Source: a virus
Taxonomy: Duplodnaviria > Caudoviricetes
Reading direction: 5' to 3' (one strand)
Virus record (IMG/VR): IMGVR_UViG_3300022670_000360
Span: 1-37,295 of that record
Length of the DNA stretch: 37,295 nt
The translations under genes were made by a program, and so were the position numbers. Below, one piece after another: positions 22,789 through 32,399 of this stretch. The notes under the pieces were generated by a model that saw nothing but the letters and a program-made list of their open reading frames with translations, had not been told where the DNA came from and searched no databases. Every line of letters begins with the position of its first letter. Within the stretch, counting starts at the first letter, position 1.

Positions 22789-24819
22789 TTGGCACGCAAA
22801 AATAAGACTGAGATGCAAAAATTCTGGGCAGCCCAGATCAGTAAATCCAAAACCCGTGAAAAACCATGGCGGGCACAGGGCGACAGGATAGTGAAGCTCT
22901 ACCGGGGTCCTAAAGCGATGTCCACAAGGGAAACCCATTCTGACCGTAACCAGTTCAATATCCTGTGGTCGAATACCGAAATCCTGAAAGCTGCCACCTT
23001 TTCCAAACTCTCTCCTCCCAATGTAACCCGAAGATACAAGGATGAAGACCCCGCTGCAAGGCAGGCGTCAGAGATCATGGAGCGGGCTTTGGAGTTTCAG
23101 GCTGACAGTGACGAGTTTGTGCCCAACTTGCGTAAGGCCCGTGACGATATGCTTTTACCCGGAAGGGGTACCAACTGGTATGAATACGACGCTGACTTTA
23201 ATCTTGTCAGGATGGATGAAATACAAGGCCCTCCCGAGGTGGATGAAGCAGGAGAGTTGATAGAATCAGAAGCAATTTTCCAGCTTAATGGCGTTACCAC
23301 CAAACCCGACAAGATTACCGATGACGGTGCCTTCATGGAAGTCAAGGCCGCTGAACGGGTTACATCGAAGTATGTTTACTGGAAAGACTACCTGCAAAGC
23401 GATTCACGGACTGAAGAAGATGTGTGGTGGAAAGCCCGCAGGCACGGATTGAGCAAGGATGAACTTACCGATCTTCTGGGCGAAAAAGCCGTTTCAAGGA
23501 TAGACCTCCCTACCGCTCCGCGTGATACAGGAGAAGGGCAATCCGGGGCAGATGATGATGTCTTCGAGGTCTGGGAAATTTGGTCAAAACCAACCCGCAA
23601 GCGGATATGGTTTACCACTAATGCTTCTGATACGCTTGAAGTAGAAGATGTTCCTGTTAAGCTGACAGGTTTTTTCCCTTCGCAAAAGCCCCTGTTTCCG
23701 TTTGAAACCACGGATACCATGATTCCGGTCCCGGAGTACACAATTTACCAGCCTCAGGCGATGGAACTCAATATCATTGTACGCAGGCTCACCCGTATTA
23801 CCCGTATCCTGAAAGTCGCCGGTGTTTATAACGGGGCTAAGGAAGACGCCGTTATAGATATGCAGCAACTCGAAGACGGCCAGTATAAAGCTATCCATAA
23901 CGCTATGGCCTTTGGTGACAGGGGTGGTTTTGCGGGGGCTCTGTTTTCACTCCCATTACAGGAAGCCGCTGCGGTGCTCCAGGCCTTGGAGGCCCGAAAG
24001 GTTATCCTCAAGAATGAAATATTTGAGATTACCGGGATTTCCGATGTTATGAGGGGGGATTCACAGGTCCACGTAACTGCAACAGCAGAACGGTTAAAAG
24101 GGAGTTTTGGTTCGCTCAGATTGCGCCCGAGACGTGAGCCGATGGAAGAATTTATCCGTGACGGCTACCGGATTATGGCTGAAATCATCGCTGACAACTT
24201 TTCCGCTGCTAACATCCAGCGCATGACCGGTATACAGCCGACAGACGACACCATGGCTTTATTGCGTGATGACCGTATGCGGAGTTTCAGGATAGATGTC
24301 GAAACCGATTCCACTGTGCAGCCCAATGAAGAAATAGATATGCGCAAGGCGGTTGAATATGGGCAGGTCGTTGGTAGCTTGTTGCAACAGGCATTGCCAG
24401 CTATTCAGGCGTTTCCTGCTACAGCCCCGTTCCTTGGGTTTTCTCTCAAATTTATCTCACGACAGTTCAAGGCTGGCCGGGTAGTCGAACAGGAATTGAA
24501 TAACCTGATTGAACAAGCTACCAAACTTGCCGCTAATCCCCCACAACCGCGGCAGGACCCGAAAGATGCTATTGCTGCCCAGCGGTTAGAATTGGACGCA
24601 CAGAAATTGCAGATTGAACAGGTCAAGGTTGCACTTGACGCCCAAAAAGCACAGGTCGATGACCAGACGAAAAAAGACATCGCAGCACAACAGGAAAATA
24701 CAAAAGTCTTTATTGCCCAGTTACGCGCTGAAACCGAAGACGATAGAACCGCAGCCAAACTTTTAGGAGATGTTCTTGATGTGGAAGCAGCCGAAGCAAA
24801 CAGGGGGCCAGTTAATTGA
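22789..24819 (+). CDS. Portal protein
   Basis: 676 aa directly after terL; FNILWSN, EITGISD..RG, C-terminal Gln-rich coiled coil. Confidence 0.88.
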   Translation: MARKNKTEMQKFWAAQISKSKTREKPWRAQGDRIVKLYRGPKAMSTRETHSDRNQFNILWSNTEILKAATFSKLSPPNVTRRYKDEDPAARQASEIMERALEFQADSDEFVPNLRKARDDMLLPGRGTNWYEYDADFNLVRMDEIQGPPEVDEAGELIESEAIFQLNGVTTKPDKITDDGAFMEVKAAERVTSKYVYWKDYLQSDSRTEEDVWWKARRHGLSKDELTDLLGEKAVSRIDLPTAPRDTGEGQSGADDDVFEVWEIWSKPTRKRIWFTTNASDTLEVEDVPVKLTGFFPSQKPLFPFETTDTMIPVPEYTIYQPQAMELNIIVRRLTRITRILKVAGVYNGAKEDAVIDMQQLEDGQYKAIHNAMAFGDRGGFAGALFSLPLQEAAAVLQALEARKVILKNEIFEITGISDVMRGDSQVHVTATAERLKGSFGSLRLRPRREPMEEFIRDGYRIMAEIIADNFSAANIQRMTGIQPTDDTMALLRDDRMRSFRIDVETDSTVQPNEEIDMRKAVEYGQVVGSLLQQALPAIQAFPATAPFLGFSLKFISRQFKAGRVVEQELNNLIEQATKLAANPPQPRQDPKDAIAAQRLELDAQKLQIEQVKVALDAQKAQVDDQTKKDIAAQQENTKVFIAQLRAETEDDRTAAKLLGDVLDVEAAEANRGPVN

Positions 24820-25235
24820 CCTTGAAATATTGCAGAAGGCGTTTAAGGACGATAGAAGCTGGTAAATGGCACCGGATGGAAATTAACCGTGAATGGGTTA
24901 ATTTTAAACATACAATAAAGGCGTATATGGCTTTTTTATGTAAGGAATTGACCGGTAAGGTTAAAAAGGTTATTGTCCAATTGCTGCCTGAGCCTGAGCC
25001 GGTAGATTGTAGTGGTATAGTTATTATTACAAACGATACCATGGACCCAACCAAATCAATGGCTGATGGAAAATATTACACCAGCAAGAAAAAGATGGAA
25101 CGGGAACAGCGGGCGCAGGGGTATGTTCATGTGGGGAATGATAAACAGGAACATTTGAAGCAGGACGAAGTGTTAGCCAAGCAGGCTCATTTCAAGGACA
25201 TCAAGCAAGTAGTCGAAAGGGTAATCGATGGCTGA
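24816..25235 (+). CDS. Hypothetical protein between portal and scaffold
   Basis: C-terminal D.......ADGKYYTSK......G...VGND pattern; start uncertain. Confidence 0.65.
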   Translation: MTLKYCRRRLRTIEAGKWHRMEINREWVNFKHTIKAYMAFLCKELTGKVKKVIVQLLPEPEPVDCSGIVIITNDTMDPTKSMADGKYYTSKKKMEREQRAQGYVHVGNDKQEHLKQDEVLAKQAHFKDIKQVVERVIDG

Positions 25236-26313
25236 CGAGAAAAAAGAAGAAACAACTGAAGAAACAGTTGAGCAAACTATTCGTGATTCGGTAACTGCTG
25301 CGTTTGATGAAAACCAGAAGGAAGACAAAGAACGCGCCGCCATAGGGGAAGAAGACAATCCTGCTGAAATAGCGCCTGAGAAGGCCGCAGAAGACGCAGG
25401 AGAGGCCAAAGAGGAGCCTGCCGAGGAAAGTGTAGAAAAGCCCGCTGAGGGGGATGGGGGTCTAATAGCCCCGGAGAACTGGGATGCTGACCGTACAGCC
25501 GCTTTTGATGGCCTGACGGATGAAGCAACCAAACAGGAATTTTTAAATGCTGTTACCAACCTTGAAAAAGGAGTACAGCGCCAAAGAACAGCGGATGCAG
25601 ATATCCGCAAGGAACACGAGGCAATAAGCGCCTTGATGCAGCCTTTTGAGGCACAACTGGGAGTACAGGGGTTAGACCGCGTAGGCGGAATCCGGCAACT
25701 TGTAGCAGCCCAAAACATGCTTACTCAAAATCCTGCACAGGGGATCGCGCAATTGGTTCAGCAATTTGGAGGACAAAACGCTGCGGCGATTGTCCAACAG
25801 CTTGCACAGCTATACGGGGTAACACCGGCAGTCCAGGATGACCAAGCCTATGTAGACCCGCAATTTAAAGCGTTGAATGGCAGAGTCGATCAATTGACTA
25901 ATGTTATTCAACAGACACAAACAAATGCAGACGCTACCAGAGTGGCTGAAGCACAGAACCAGATTGGCTTGTTCAAGAACGCAACCGATGACGACGGGAA
26001 TAGTCTCCACCCTCACTTCGAAAGCGTTGAAGCACTGATGAGTTCGTTTATTACAGGCGGTCACGCTGCTGACATGCAGACAGCATACGACCAAGCCATA
26101 TACGCGAATCCAGAACTGCGCAAAGGTTTATTGGAAACGGAACGGACCGCCGTTGCGGATAAGATGAACGATACGCGCAAAGCGGAAGTGGCAGTTTCAA
26201 AAAAGGCGTCCAAGAATGTAAGAACAACTAATACGCCTCCTGAAGTTGAACCCGATGAACCAGCCAGCATAAGAGATTCTGTGACCAAGGCATACGATGA
26301 GGCAGCGTCATAG
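25228..26313 (+). CDS. Capsid scaffolding protein
   Basis: Acidic low-complexity N-terminus, AP..W, Gln-rich helices, AYD.AI.ANP; precedes MCP. Confidence 0.8.
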   Translation: MADEKKEETTEETVEQTIRDSVTAAFDENQKEDKERAAIGEEDNPAEIAPEKAAEDAGEAKEEPAEESVEKPAEGDGGLIAPENWDADRTAAFDGLTDEATKQEFLNAVTNLEKGVQRQRTADADIRKEHEAISALMQPFEAQLGVQGLDRVGGIRQLVAAQNMLTQNPAQGIAQLVQQFGGQNAAAIVQQLAQLYGVTPAVQDDQAYVDPQFKALNGRVDQLTNVIQQTQTNADATRVAEAQNQIGLFKNATDDDGNSLHPHFESVEALMSSFITGGHAADMQTAYDQAIYANPELRKGLLETERTAVADKMNDTRKAEVAVSKKASKNVRTTNTPPEVEPDEPASIRDSVTKAYDEAAS

Positions 26314-26323
26314 GAGATGAGCT

Positions 26324-27298
26324 ATGGCTTTTGCTAATCCCAACTTTGACGAAATCATCACCACAACCCTGAAAAACCGTTCAGGACAGGTTGCTGATAA
26401 CGTCACCAACAATAATGCGCTTTTGCGTGTATTAAACTCGAAAGGCAATATCCAGCTTGAAGACGGTGGTCAAACACTTGTCCAGGAGTTGAGTTTTGCT
26501 GAAAACAGCACTTTTAAATTCTACAGCGGTTATGAAATTCTTGATGTAGCCCAGTCAGAAGTTATCAGTGCGGCTGAATATGACTGGAAACAGGCTGCGG
26601 TTGCAGTTACGGTTTCTGGTCTGGAAATGCGCCAGAATATGGGGCGTAACCGCGTAATCAACCTTATCACTACCCGCGTCCAGAACGCAGAAGATACAAT
26701 GTCGAACAATCTCTCGACTGGTATTTTCTCGGATGGAACCGGATCAGGTGGTAAACAGATTGGCGGTCTTGCGCTTTTGGTTGCTGATGATCCTACCACA
26801 GGTACGGTTGGTGGTATCAACAGAGCCACTTTCTCATTCTGGCAGAACCAGTTGTTTGATATTTCCGTGAGTGGTTCGGGTGCTGCAAGCGCCACGAATA
26901 TCCAGGGTTATATGCAGTCCTTGTGGCAGCAAACACTTCGCAGTGGTGATACTACAGACCTGATTATAGGGGATAATAACTTCTATCAGTTCTTCTGGGA
27001 ATCACAAACCTCGATCCAACGCATTACACAAACTGATCAGGCAACTGCTGGTTTCCGTTCACTTGAATTTAACGGGCCAAGTGGGAATGCTATGGTTCTT
27101 CTTGACGACGCTGCAGGAACCGATTCGTTCTACTTCCTCAATACAGACTTTATCTTCTGGAAAGTTCACCAGGCAGCTAACTTCTCATTGATGGAAGATG
27201 TCCGTTCAGTTAACCAGGATGCCATTGTCAAGCAACTCCTGTTCATGGGCAATATGACCATGAGCAATGCTGCTCGCCAAGGTGTCATGATCCCATAA
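26324..27298 (+). CDS. Major capsid protein
   Basis: TTTL..RS...ADNV..NNALL, YSGYE, Y.WKQ, GT.GGINRA; AGGAG RBS; position. Confidence 0.9.
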   Translation: MAFANPNFDEIITTTLKNRSGQVADNVTNNNALLRVLNSKGNIQLEDGGQTLVQELSFAENSTFKFYSGYEILDVAQSEVISAAEYDWKQAAVAVTVSGLEMRQNMGRNRVINLITTRVQNAEDTMSNNLSTGIFSDGTGSGGKQIGGLALLVADDPTTGTVGGINRATFSFWQNQLFDISVSGSGAASATNIQGYMQSLWQQTLRSGDTTDLIIGDNNFYQFFWESQTSIQRITQTDQATAGFRSLEFNGPSGNAMVLLDDAAGTDSFYFLNTDFIFWKVHQAANFSLMEDVRSVNQDAIVKQLLFMGNMTMSNAARQGVMIP

Positions 27299-27309
27299 GG
27301 AGATAAATA

Positions 27310-27810
27310 ATGGTTGCATTATCAACCCCTGTAGTTGGTGCTAATGTTACCCGTCTTGTTACGGGAACTGGTACCCTTTTCGACCAAGGCAACGACTTCG
27401 AATTGGGGACAATTCTGGTCGGTACGGATGGAGATGAATGGATTTATTGCCATGCTTCTGAAATCTTGACTGCCAACAACGCTGTATTAATCAATGAAAC
27501 GTTTGAAACTGAAAATGTTGACATAACAATTACCGCGTCAACTTTCGGACAGATGTGTGGTGTTTGCGAAACCACATGCGCCGATAACGATTTTCTGTGG
27601 ATTAAGATTAACGGCGAAAGCACCCTGAATGTAGCTACGAGTTCTGCGGCTAATATAGTCCTTAATTCGACGGCTGTGGCAGGGCGTCTTGATGATAACC
27701 TGTTAAGTGGTTCAGAAACCATTGAAGGCATTATCCAGACTGCCACTGAAAGTTCCAATACCGCCGCGTGTCTTCTGACTCGCCCGCGTGTTGGTGCTAC
27801 ATTAACCTAA
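27310..27810 (+). CDS. Capsid decoration/cement-like protein
   Basis: Directly after MCP with AAGGAG RBS; T/A/G-rich beta composition. Confidence 0.65.
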   Translation: MVALSTPVVGANVTRLVTGTGTLFDQGNDFELGTILVGTDGDEWIYCHASEILTANNAVLINETFETENVDITITASTFGQMCGVCETTCADNDFLWIKINGESTLNVATSSAANIVLNSTAVAGRLDDNLLSGSETIEGIIQTATESSNTAACLLTRPRVGATLT

Positions 27811-27814
27811 TAGT

Positions 27815-27832
27815 GGGGGCCCTGCGGGGCCC
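27815..27832 (+). terminator. Hairpin after capsid genes
   Basis: GGGGCCC-TGCG-GGGCCCC; lacks a U tract, so weak terminator or mRNA stabiliser. Confidence 0.5.
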
Positions 27833-27852
27833 CTCCTCTCTTGGAGAAAACA

Positions 27853-28014
27853 ATGTTTACAGTCAAAACAATTGGCAGCGGCGGCAAAGTTGTCAAAGAA
27901 GTGAAAACTGATAATGTCACCCGTGCTGTCAATCGTGGGCTCAAGGTGACGGGCTTCAAGAAAATAGAAATAGAGCCGATTGTCGAGAAACCTAAAAAAG
28001 CCAAAAAGAAATGA
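27853..28014 (+). CDS. 53-aa Lys-rich protein MFTVKTIGSGGKVVKE...
   Basis: Not in ORF track; GGAG RBS; ATGA-coupled to next gene. Confidence 0.65.
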   Translation: MFTVKTIGSGGKVVKEVKTDNVTRAVNRGLKVTGFKKIEIEPIVEKPKKAKKK

Positions 28015-28559
28015 AGATTGCTGTTGTAGGACATGGACCGCTTACAAGGGGGTTAGCCCCTGTTGGTAAGGATGGGTGGCTGACATGGGGCATTTCGCAT
28101 AGGGAGTGGCAACGGGAGGTGTTGTACGGAAAAGTGCGTGGCTTTGACGTTCTCTGGGAATGCCACGATTGGCGACCAGAATCCCCCGAATATCAGGAAT
28201 TCTTTGACAGACACAACGTGAGACGCCCAGACAAGGCTGCGTGCAGCGAGTTGGTGGGTGCCGAGGGCATCAAGTCCTCAATCTCATGGATGATAGCCGA
28301 GGCCATCCTGTGCAAGCCCGATGAAATATCCATATACGGCTGTGATTCACGGGTAATACAGGAAAAAGAGTATAACAAGCAAATCCCCAACATCAAGTTT
28401 CTCTTGGGCTATGCTGAGGGTGCGGGGATAAAGGTTTCGGCACCGGAACAATGTGGCTTATTTGATAGCATCATATACGGAGTTGAAAATCACAATAAAT
28501 CCGGATTTGAACAATTTGTCATCGACCACGGGCCTGCTAAAAAACAGGCAGCATTTTAA
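28011..28559 (+). CDS. Putative sialyltransferase/Maf-like (GT29/GT42-type Rossmann fold) glycosyltransferase
   Basis: KIAVVG.GP start, SS...MI..AI.....EI.IYG.D motif; adjacent to a CMP-sugar synthetase. Confidence 0.55.
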   Translation: MKIAVVGHGPLTRGLAPVGKDGWLTWGISHREWQREVLYGKVRGFDVLWECHDWRPESPEYQEFFDRHNVRRPDKAACSELVGAEGIKSSISWMIAEAILCKPDEISIYGCDSRVIQEKEYNKQIPNIKFLLGYAEGAGIKVSAPEQCGLFDSIIYGVENHNKSGFEQFVIDHGPAKKQAAF

Positions 28560-29243
28560 ATGATTTGCGTCATACCAGCAAGAGGCGGTTCCAAAAGGAT
28601 CCCCGGCAAGAACATCAAGGAGTTTTACGGCAGGCCTATGATTGCATGGTCTATAGACGCGGCTATGCTATCGGGATGTTTTGACAGTATCATAGTTTCC
28701 ACGGAAGACCCTGAAATAGCAAAGGTTGCCATTGACCATAATGTAGAGGTCTTAGCGAGGCCCGAAGAGCTCGCCACCGATAGCGCAAGTTTAATGAACG
28801 TCATGCATCACGCCGCTGAGAATACCAAAGACCCCCTGGTCTGCTGTGTTTATGCCACAGCCCCGTTTCTAAACCCCTATGATTTGCAGTGCGGGGCTAA
28901 ATTAATATCTGAGTACGAATATGTTTATTCTGCGACTGAGTTTCCGCATCCCATTGAACGGGCCATTGTAGACGGTAAGATGATACAGCCTGAACACTGG
29001 AATACACGCTCGCAAGACTGCATGGAGGCTTACTACGACGCAGGGCAGTTTTATTGGGGCCACAGGGATTGCTGGCTTCAGGAAAAGGTAATCTTTACTA
29101 AAAAGTCAAAACCTATTATGATACCGCGATCACGGGCGCAAGATGTTAATACCCCCGAGGATTGGGCAATGGCGGAAGCTATGGGTTTCTACAATTTTGA
29201 TGCAATCTACGAAGGAGACGGCAATGTTAGGCGATTTCATTAA
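28560..29243 (+). CDS. pseF: CMP-nonulosonic acid synthetase (pseudaminic acid/acylneuraminate cytidylyltransferase)
   Basis: IPARGGSKRIP.KNIK.F.G.PMIAWSI, VSTED, CC.YATAPF, RSQD, DAGQFYWG, DV.TPEDW. Confidence 0.9.
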   Translation: MICVIPARGGSKRIPGKNIKEFYGRPMIAWSIDAAMLSGCFDSIIVSTEDPEIAKVAIDHNVEVLARPEELATDSASLMNVMHHAAENTKDPLVCCVYATAPFLNPYDLQCGAKLISEYEYVYSATEFPHPIERAIVDGKMIQPEHWNTRSQDCMEAYYDAGQFYWGHRDCWLQEKVIFTKKSKPIMIPRSRAQDVNTPEDWAMAEAMGFYNFDAIYEGDGNVRRFH

Positions 29244-29493
29244 TTCAGGCCCCGGCAGACAGCGTGAGCTTTACCAAAAGGCGCTTGACCGTATTGCTGA
29301 ACTTGAAGGGCCCGTTACGACCACCAGCTCTGTCGCAGAAACTGGCGGTGTTGTTTTGCTTAAAGGAGACACACACTCCACAGAAGATTTGAGCAAATTA
29401 ACCGTCGCCGAACTGCGTTCGCGTTGCCAGACGGCAGATATTGTCGGGTATGGTAAAATGAGAAAAGCTGAACTTGTGGAGGCATTAGGATAA
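29224..29493 (+). CDS. Small protein with C-terminal Rho-N/HeH-like domain
   Basis: LSKLTVAELR..C....I.GY.KMRKAELVEAL; AAGGAG RBS before 29224. Confidence 0.75.
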   Translation: MLGDFINSGPGRQRELYQKALDRIAELEGPVTTTSSVAETGGVVLLKGDTHSTEDLSKLTVAELRSRCQTADIVGYGKMRKAELVEALG

Positions 29494-30095
29494 TGGAAAA
29501 CTTTGAAACTAACGAACCTGTCAAAGGCACCGCAGGCGATGGTAATCTGGTTACTATGTATGCCCGGAAAATTCTTGACAAACGCACAACTGAAGAAACC
29601 GAAACGCTGACGTATATGTATAAACCCTATGTTGAGATTATTTCTCCGGGGCAAAAACATGCTATTGTCGATACCCCTATTAAGGACCGGCATAAAAAGT
29701 TGTATCCTTTACATTGGGACGCTTTCCAGAAGAAAGAAGAAATGCGGCAGAATGGCACTTCTTTGCGGGATTGGCATGGTATAGAGCAACATATTGTTGC
29801 TGAACTTGAATACCTGAATGTTTACACAGTCGAAGATTTGGCGAATGTAAGCGATGGTAATCTTGGCAAGATAGGACCTGGCGCCGTAAACCTCAAAAAG
29901 AACGCACAAATATTTGTTGCGGGCGAGACTGAAAGTAAGTTACAGTTGGATGAGGCCAATGAGCGTATCAAAGCTCTTGAGGAAAAATTAACACTATTCA
30001 TGGACGCTAAGGCGAATCCTGGAGTTTCAGAGGAAACAACGGATGAGCCTACTGACGATAGTTCAGGACACACTGAGGGAGATAGGGGGGGTTGA
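29493..30095 (+). CDS. Hypothetical protein with HhH-like motif and coiled coil
   Basis: EL..LNVYTVEDLA..SD....KIG.G; morphogenesis operon. Confidence 0.7.
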   Translation: MENFETNEPVKGTAGDGNLVTMYARKILDKRTTEETETLTYMYKPYVEIISPGQKHAIVDTPIKDRHKKLYPLHWDAFQKKEEMRQNGTSLRDWHGIEQHIVAELEYLNVYTVEDLANVSDGNLGKIGPGAVNLKKNAQIFVAGETESKLQLDEANERIKALEEKLTLFMDAKANPGVSEETTDEPTDDSSGHTEGDRGG

Positions 30096-30765
30096 AGTCC
30101 CCACTTCGGTAGTCGGTAACAGCAATGAGACTGCTGTACGGTCCCTCGCGCTTGCTAATCGTTCCCTGAAAGAAACAGCTAAACGTACAAATTGGCCCGG
30201 ATTAACTATCCGCGGCACTATAACCACGGTTGCCTCTCAGGAAGAATATGCAATACCAGACGACTTCCAGTTTCTTATCAATGATACAATGTGGGATGAT
30301 ACCAATAACCGGCAGGTCTTCGGGCCGCTGAGTGAATCTGACTGGGAATTTGTCAAGAACAGCGACGCGGTAGCTGGTGTAGGTTCGATTAATTCATTTT
30401 TCCGTATTTTCAGAAGCGCAACAACCACTTCACAGGTTTTCTACCTTTTCCCGATCCCTGATTCCATAAGAACACTGAGGTTTGAATATCGGTCAGATGC
30501 TTTAACTGAAACCAGCGGTAACGTCGCGCAAGGTGACAGATTTCTGGCAGACACAGATTTGTCCCTGCTCGATGAAGATATTATAGCTCTCGGGTTTAAA
30601 TGGCGTTTCCTCAAAAGCTTTGGCCTTCCGTTCGAAGAAGAATTCCGTGATTACGAGGCTGCTATTGAAGACGGCGCACAGGCCGATGGTGCTGGTATTA
30701 TTTCCCTTGCCGGCCCCGGTTTTGTGCGTTTTGGCCCGGTTGTACCTGATGGGAATTTCGGATGA
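30043..30765 (+). CDS. Head-tail adaptor (tail tubular protein A-like)
   Basis: MSLLTIVQ..., Y.IP.DF, P.PD, LG.KWR..K..G; position. Confidence 0.75.
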   Translation: MSLLTIVQDTLREIGGVEVPTSVVGNSNETAVRSLALANRSLKETAKRTNWPGLTIRGTITTVASQEEYAIPDDFQFLINDTMWDDTNNRQVFGPLSESDWEFVKNSDAVAGVGSINSFFRIFRSATTTSQVFYLFPIPDSIRTLRFEYRSDALTETSGNVAQGDRFLADTDLSLLDEDIIALGFKWRFLKSFGLPFEEEFRDYEAAIEDGAQADGAGIISLAGPGFVRFGPVVPDGNFG

Positions 30766-32399
30766 TGAGGCAACCGTTAAGACCCCGCCCGAGATTAGCA
30801 CAAACGGCTACGGTTTTTCCGTTGCCTGCTCCTACAGGGGGCTGGAATGTACGCGATAACCTTGCTGCCATGCCGGAGCTTGATGCAATAGAAATGATTA
30901 ACTTTTTCCCTGAAGTTGACGGGGTTACCTTGCGTAGAGGTGATGTCCTCTTTGCGTCGGGGCTATCTGGCGAGGTTGAGTTTTTATTCGAGTATGCTTC
31001 TCCCACTACGAATGATCTGCTCGCCGCGTCGGATGGCAATGTCTACGATATAACCGCTGGCGGCACTATCAGCAGCACTATTGGGACGGGATTTACAAAC
31101 GCACAGTGGCAAGCGGTTAATTATCTTGCACAGGCTTTTCTGGTGAATGGAGACGACGCTCCGCAGGACTGGGACGGCTCCACTTTATCTGCTACGTCTT
31201 GGACCGGAGCCATAGGGTCGATAAATGACCTTATTAACGTAAACCAAGTGCGTAACAGGCTCTGGTTCACCGAAAAAGACGCGGCAAGAGCATGGTATGC
31301 AGGAATTGGTTCTATTTCAGGCACTTTAACATTATTTGATATAGGAGAATTTGCACGCGAAGGTTTCCTCATGCAGGTTTCGTCATGGTCACGCGATGCG
31401 GGGGCAGGTATGGATGATTTCACTGTTTTTACCATGTCCACCGGCGAAGCGCTGGTTTATACAGGCGATCCAGCAGGCACTGTAGCCAATGAGAACGCAT
31501 TTACCCTTATAGGCCGTTATATGGCTCCTGAGCCCATAGGACGGCGTTGTACGGTAAACTGGGGCGGAGAGTTGATTGTTATCACCAGAGGCGGTTATCT
31601 GCCGATGACGGGTATAATGAATGGTAAAGTCAGGCCAGAAGATGCGATCAGCGGTAAAATACGCGATGCTGTATCGAAAGCTGCGGAAAACGGTTCTGCT
31701 TTGAATGGTTGGGTTGGCATTCTTCATCCTGACGGCACCAAACTGATATTTAACGTGCCCTCCGTTGATAAAGTCGCTTATGACCAGCATGTGATTAATA
31801 CTATCACGGGATCATGGGGCAAGCGGGAAGGCCGTAACCACCGTTCTATAGCAACCCTGAACAACGAAATGTATGGTGGGTTTAATACTTTTGTATTTCG
31901 GCTTGACGAAGGCGGCGTAGATCAATCACGTCCCGAGCTGTCATGGAACAATATTACTGAACCGTGGGAGGCATGGGGGTCACGTTGGGAAGATGACGCT
32001 TCCCCCATCTCAAGTTTTGTGCAACAGGCGTTTAATGGTCTTGACCGCCCCGGCAATAATCTGCCCGGTTTTACCAAAAGGGTTACAAACATCAAACCTT
32101 TCGTTAGGGGTAGTGGTGTTATTTCATTGACCGCAGGTGTGCGCGCAGACTTCGATTTAACGCGACTACCAGACAACCAGCAAGTTTTATCACCTGATGC
32201 AGTTTTTTGGGAAGACATTGATACAAACTGGGAAGTATTCACCGAGCCTTGGGGGAGCGGCGATGTGATTATTGGTATTAATCTGACGGCTGGCGCTACC
32301 GGCGAAACATTTTCTGTGCTTATGCAGGCGAACACAACGGAATCTTTAATCTGGTATAATACGACATTGAAGTTCCAACAAGGAGGCATTAATGGCTGA
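30762..32399 (+). CDS. Tail nozzle/hub protein (P22 gp10 or T7 gp12-like position)
   Basis: LPAP.GGWN.RD....M...DA....NFFP; beta-propeller-like composition; follows adaptor. Confidence 0.75.
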   Translation: MMRQPLRPRPRLAQTATVFPLPAPTGGWNVRDNLAAMPELDAIEMINFFPEVDGVTLRRGDVLFASGLSGEVEFLFEYASPTTNDLLAASDGNVYDITAGGTISSTIGTGFTNAQWQAVNYLAQAFLVNGDDAPQDWDGSTLSATSWTGAIGSINDLINVNQVRNRLWFTEKDAARAWYAGIGSISGTLTLFDIGEFAREGFLMQVSSWSRDAGAGMDDFTVFTMSTGEALVYTGDPAGTVANENAFTLIGRYMAPEPIGRRCTVNWGGELIVITRGGYLPMTGIMNGKVRPEDAISGKIRDAVSKAAENGSALNGWVGILHPDGTKLIFNVPSVDKVAYDQHVINTITGSWGKREGRNHRSIATLNNEMYGGFNTFVFRLDEGGVDQSRPELSWNNITEPWEAWGSRWEDDASPISSFVQQAFNGLDRPGNNLPGFTKRVTNIKPFVRGSGVISLTAGVRADFDLTRLPDNQQVLSPDAVFWEDIDTNWEVFTEPWGSGDVIIGINLTAGATGETFSVLMQANTTESLIWYNTTLKFQQGGING

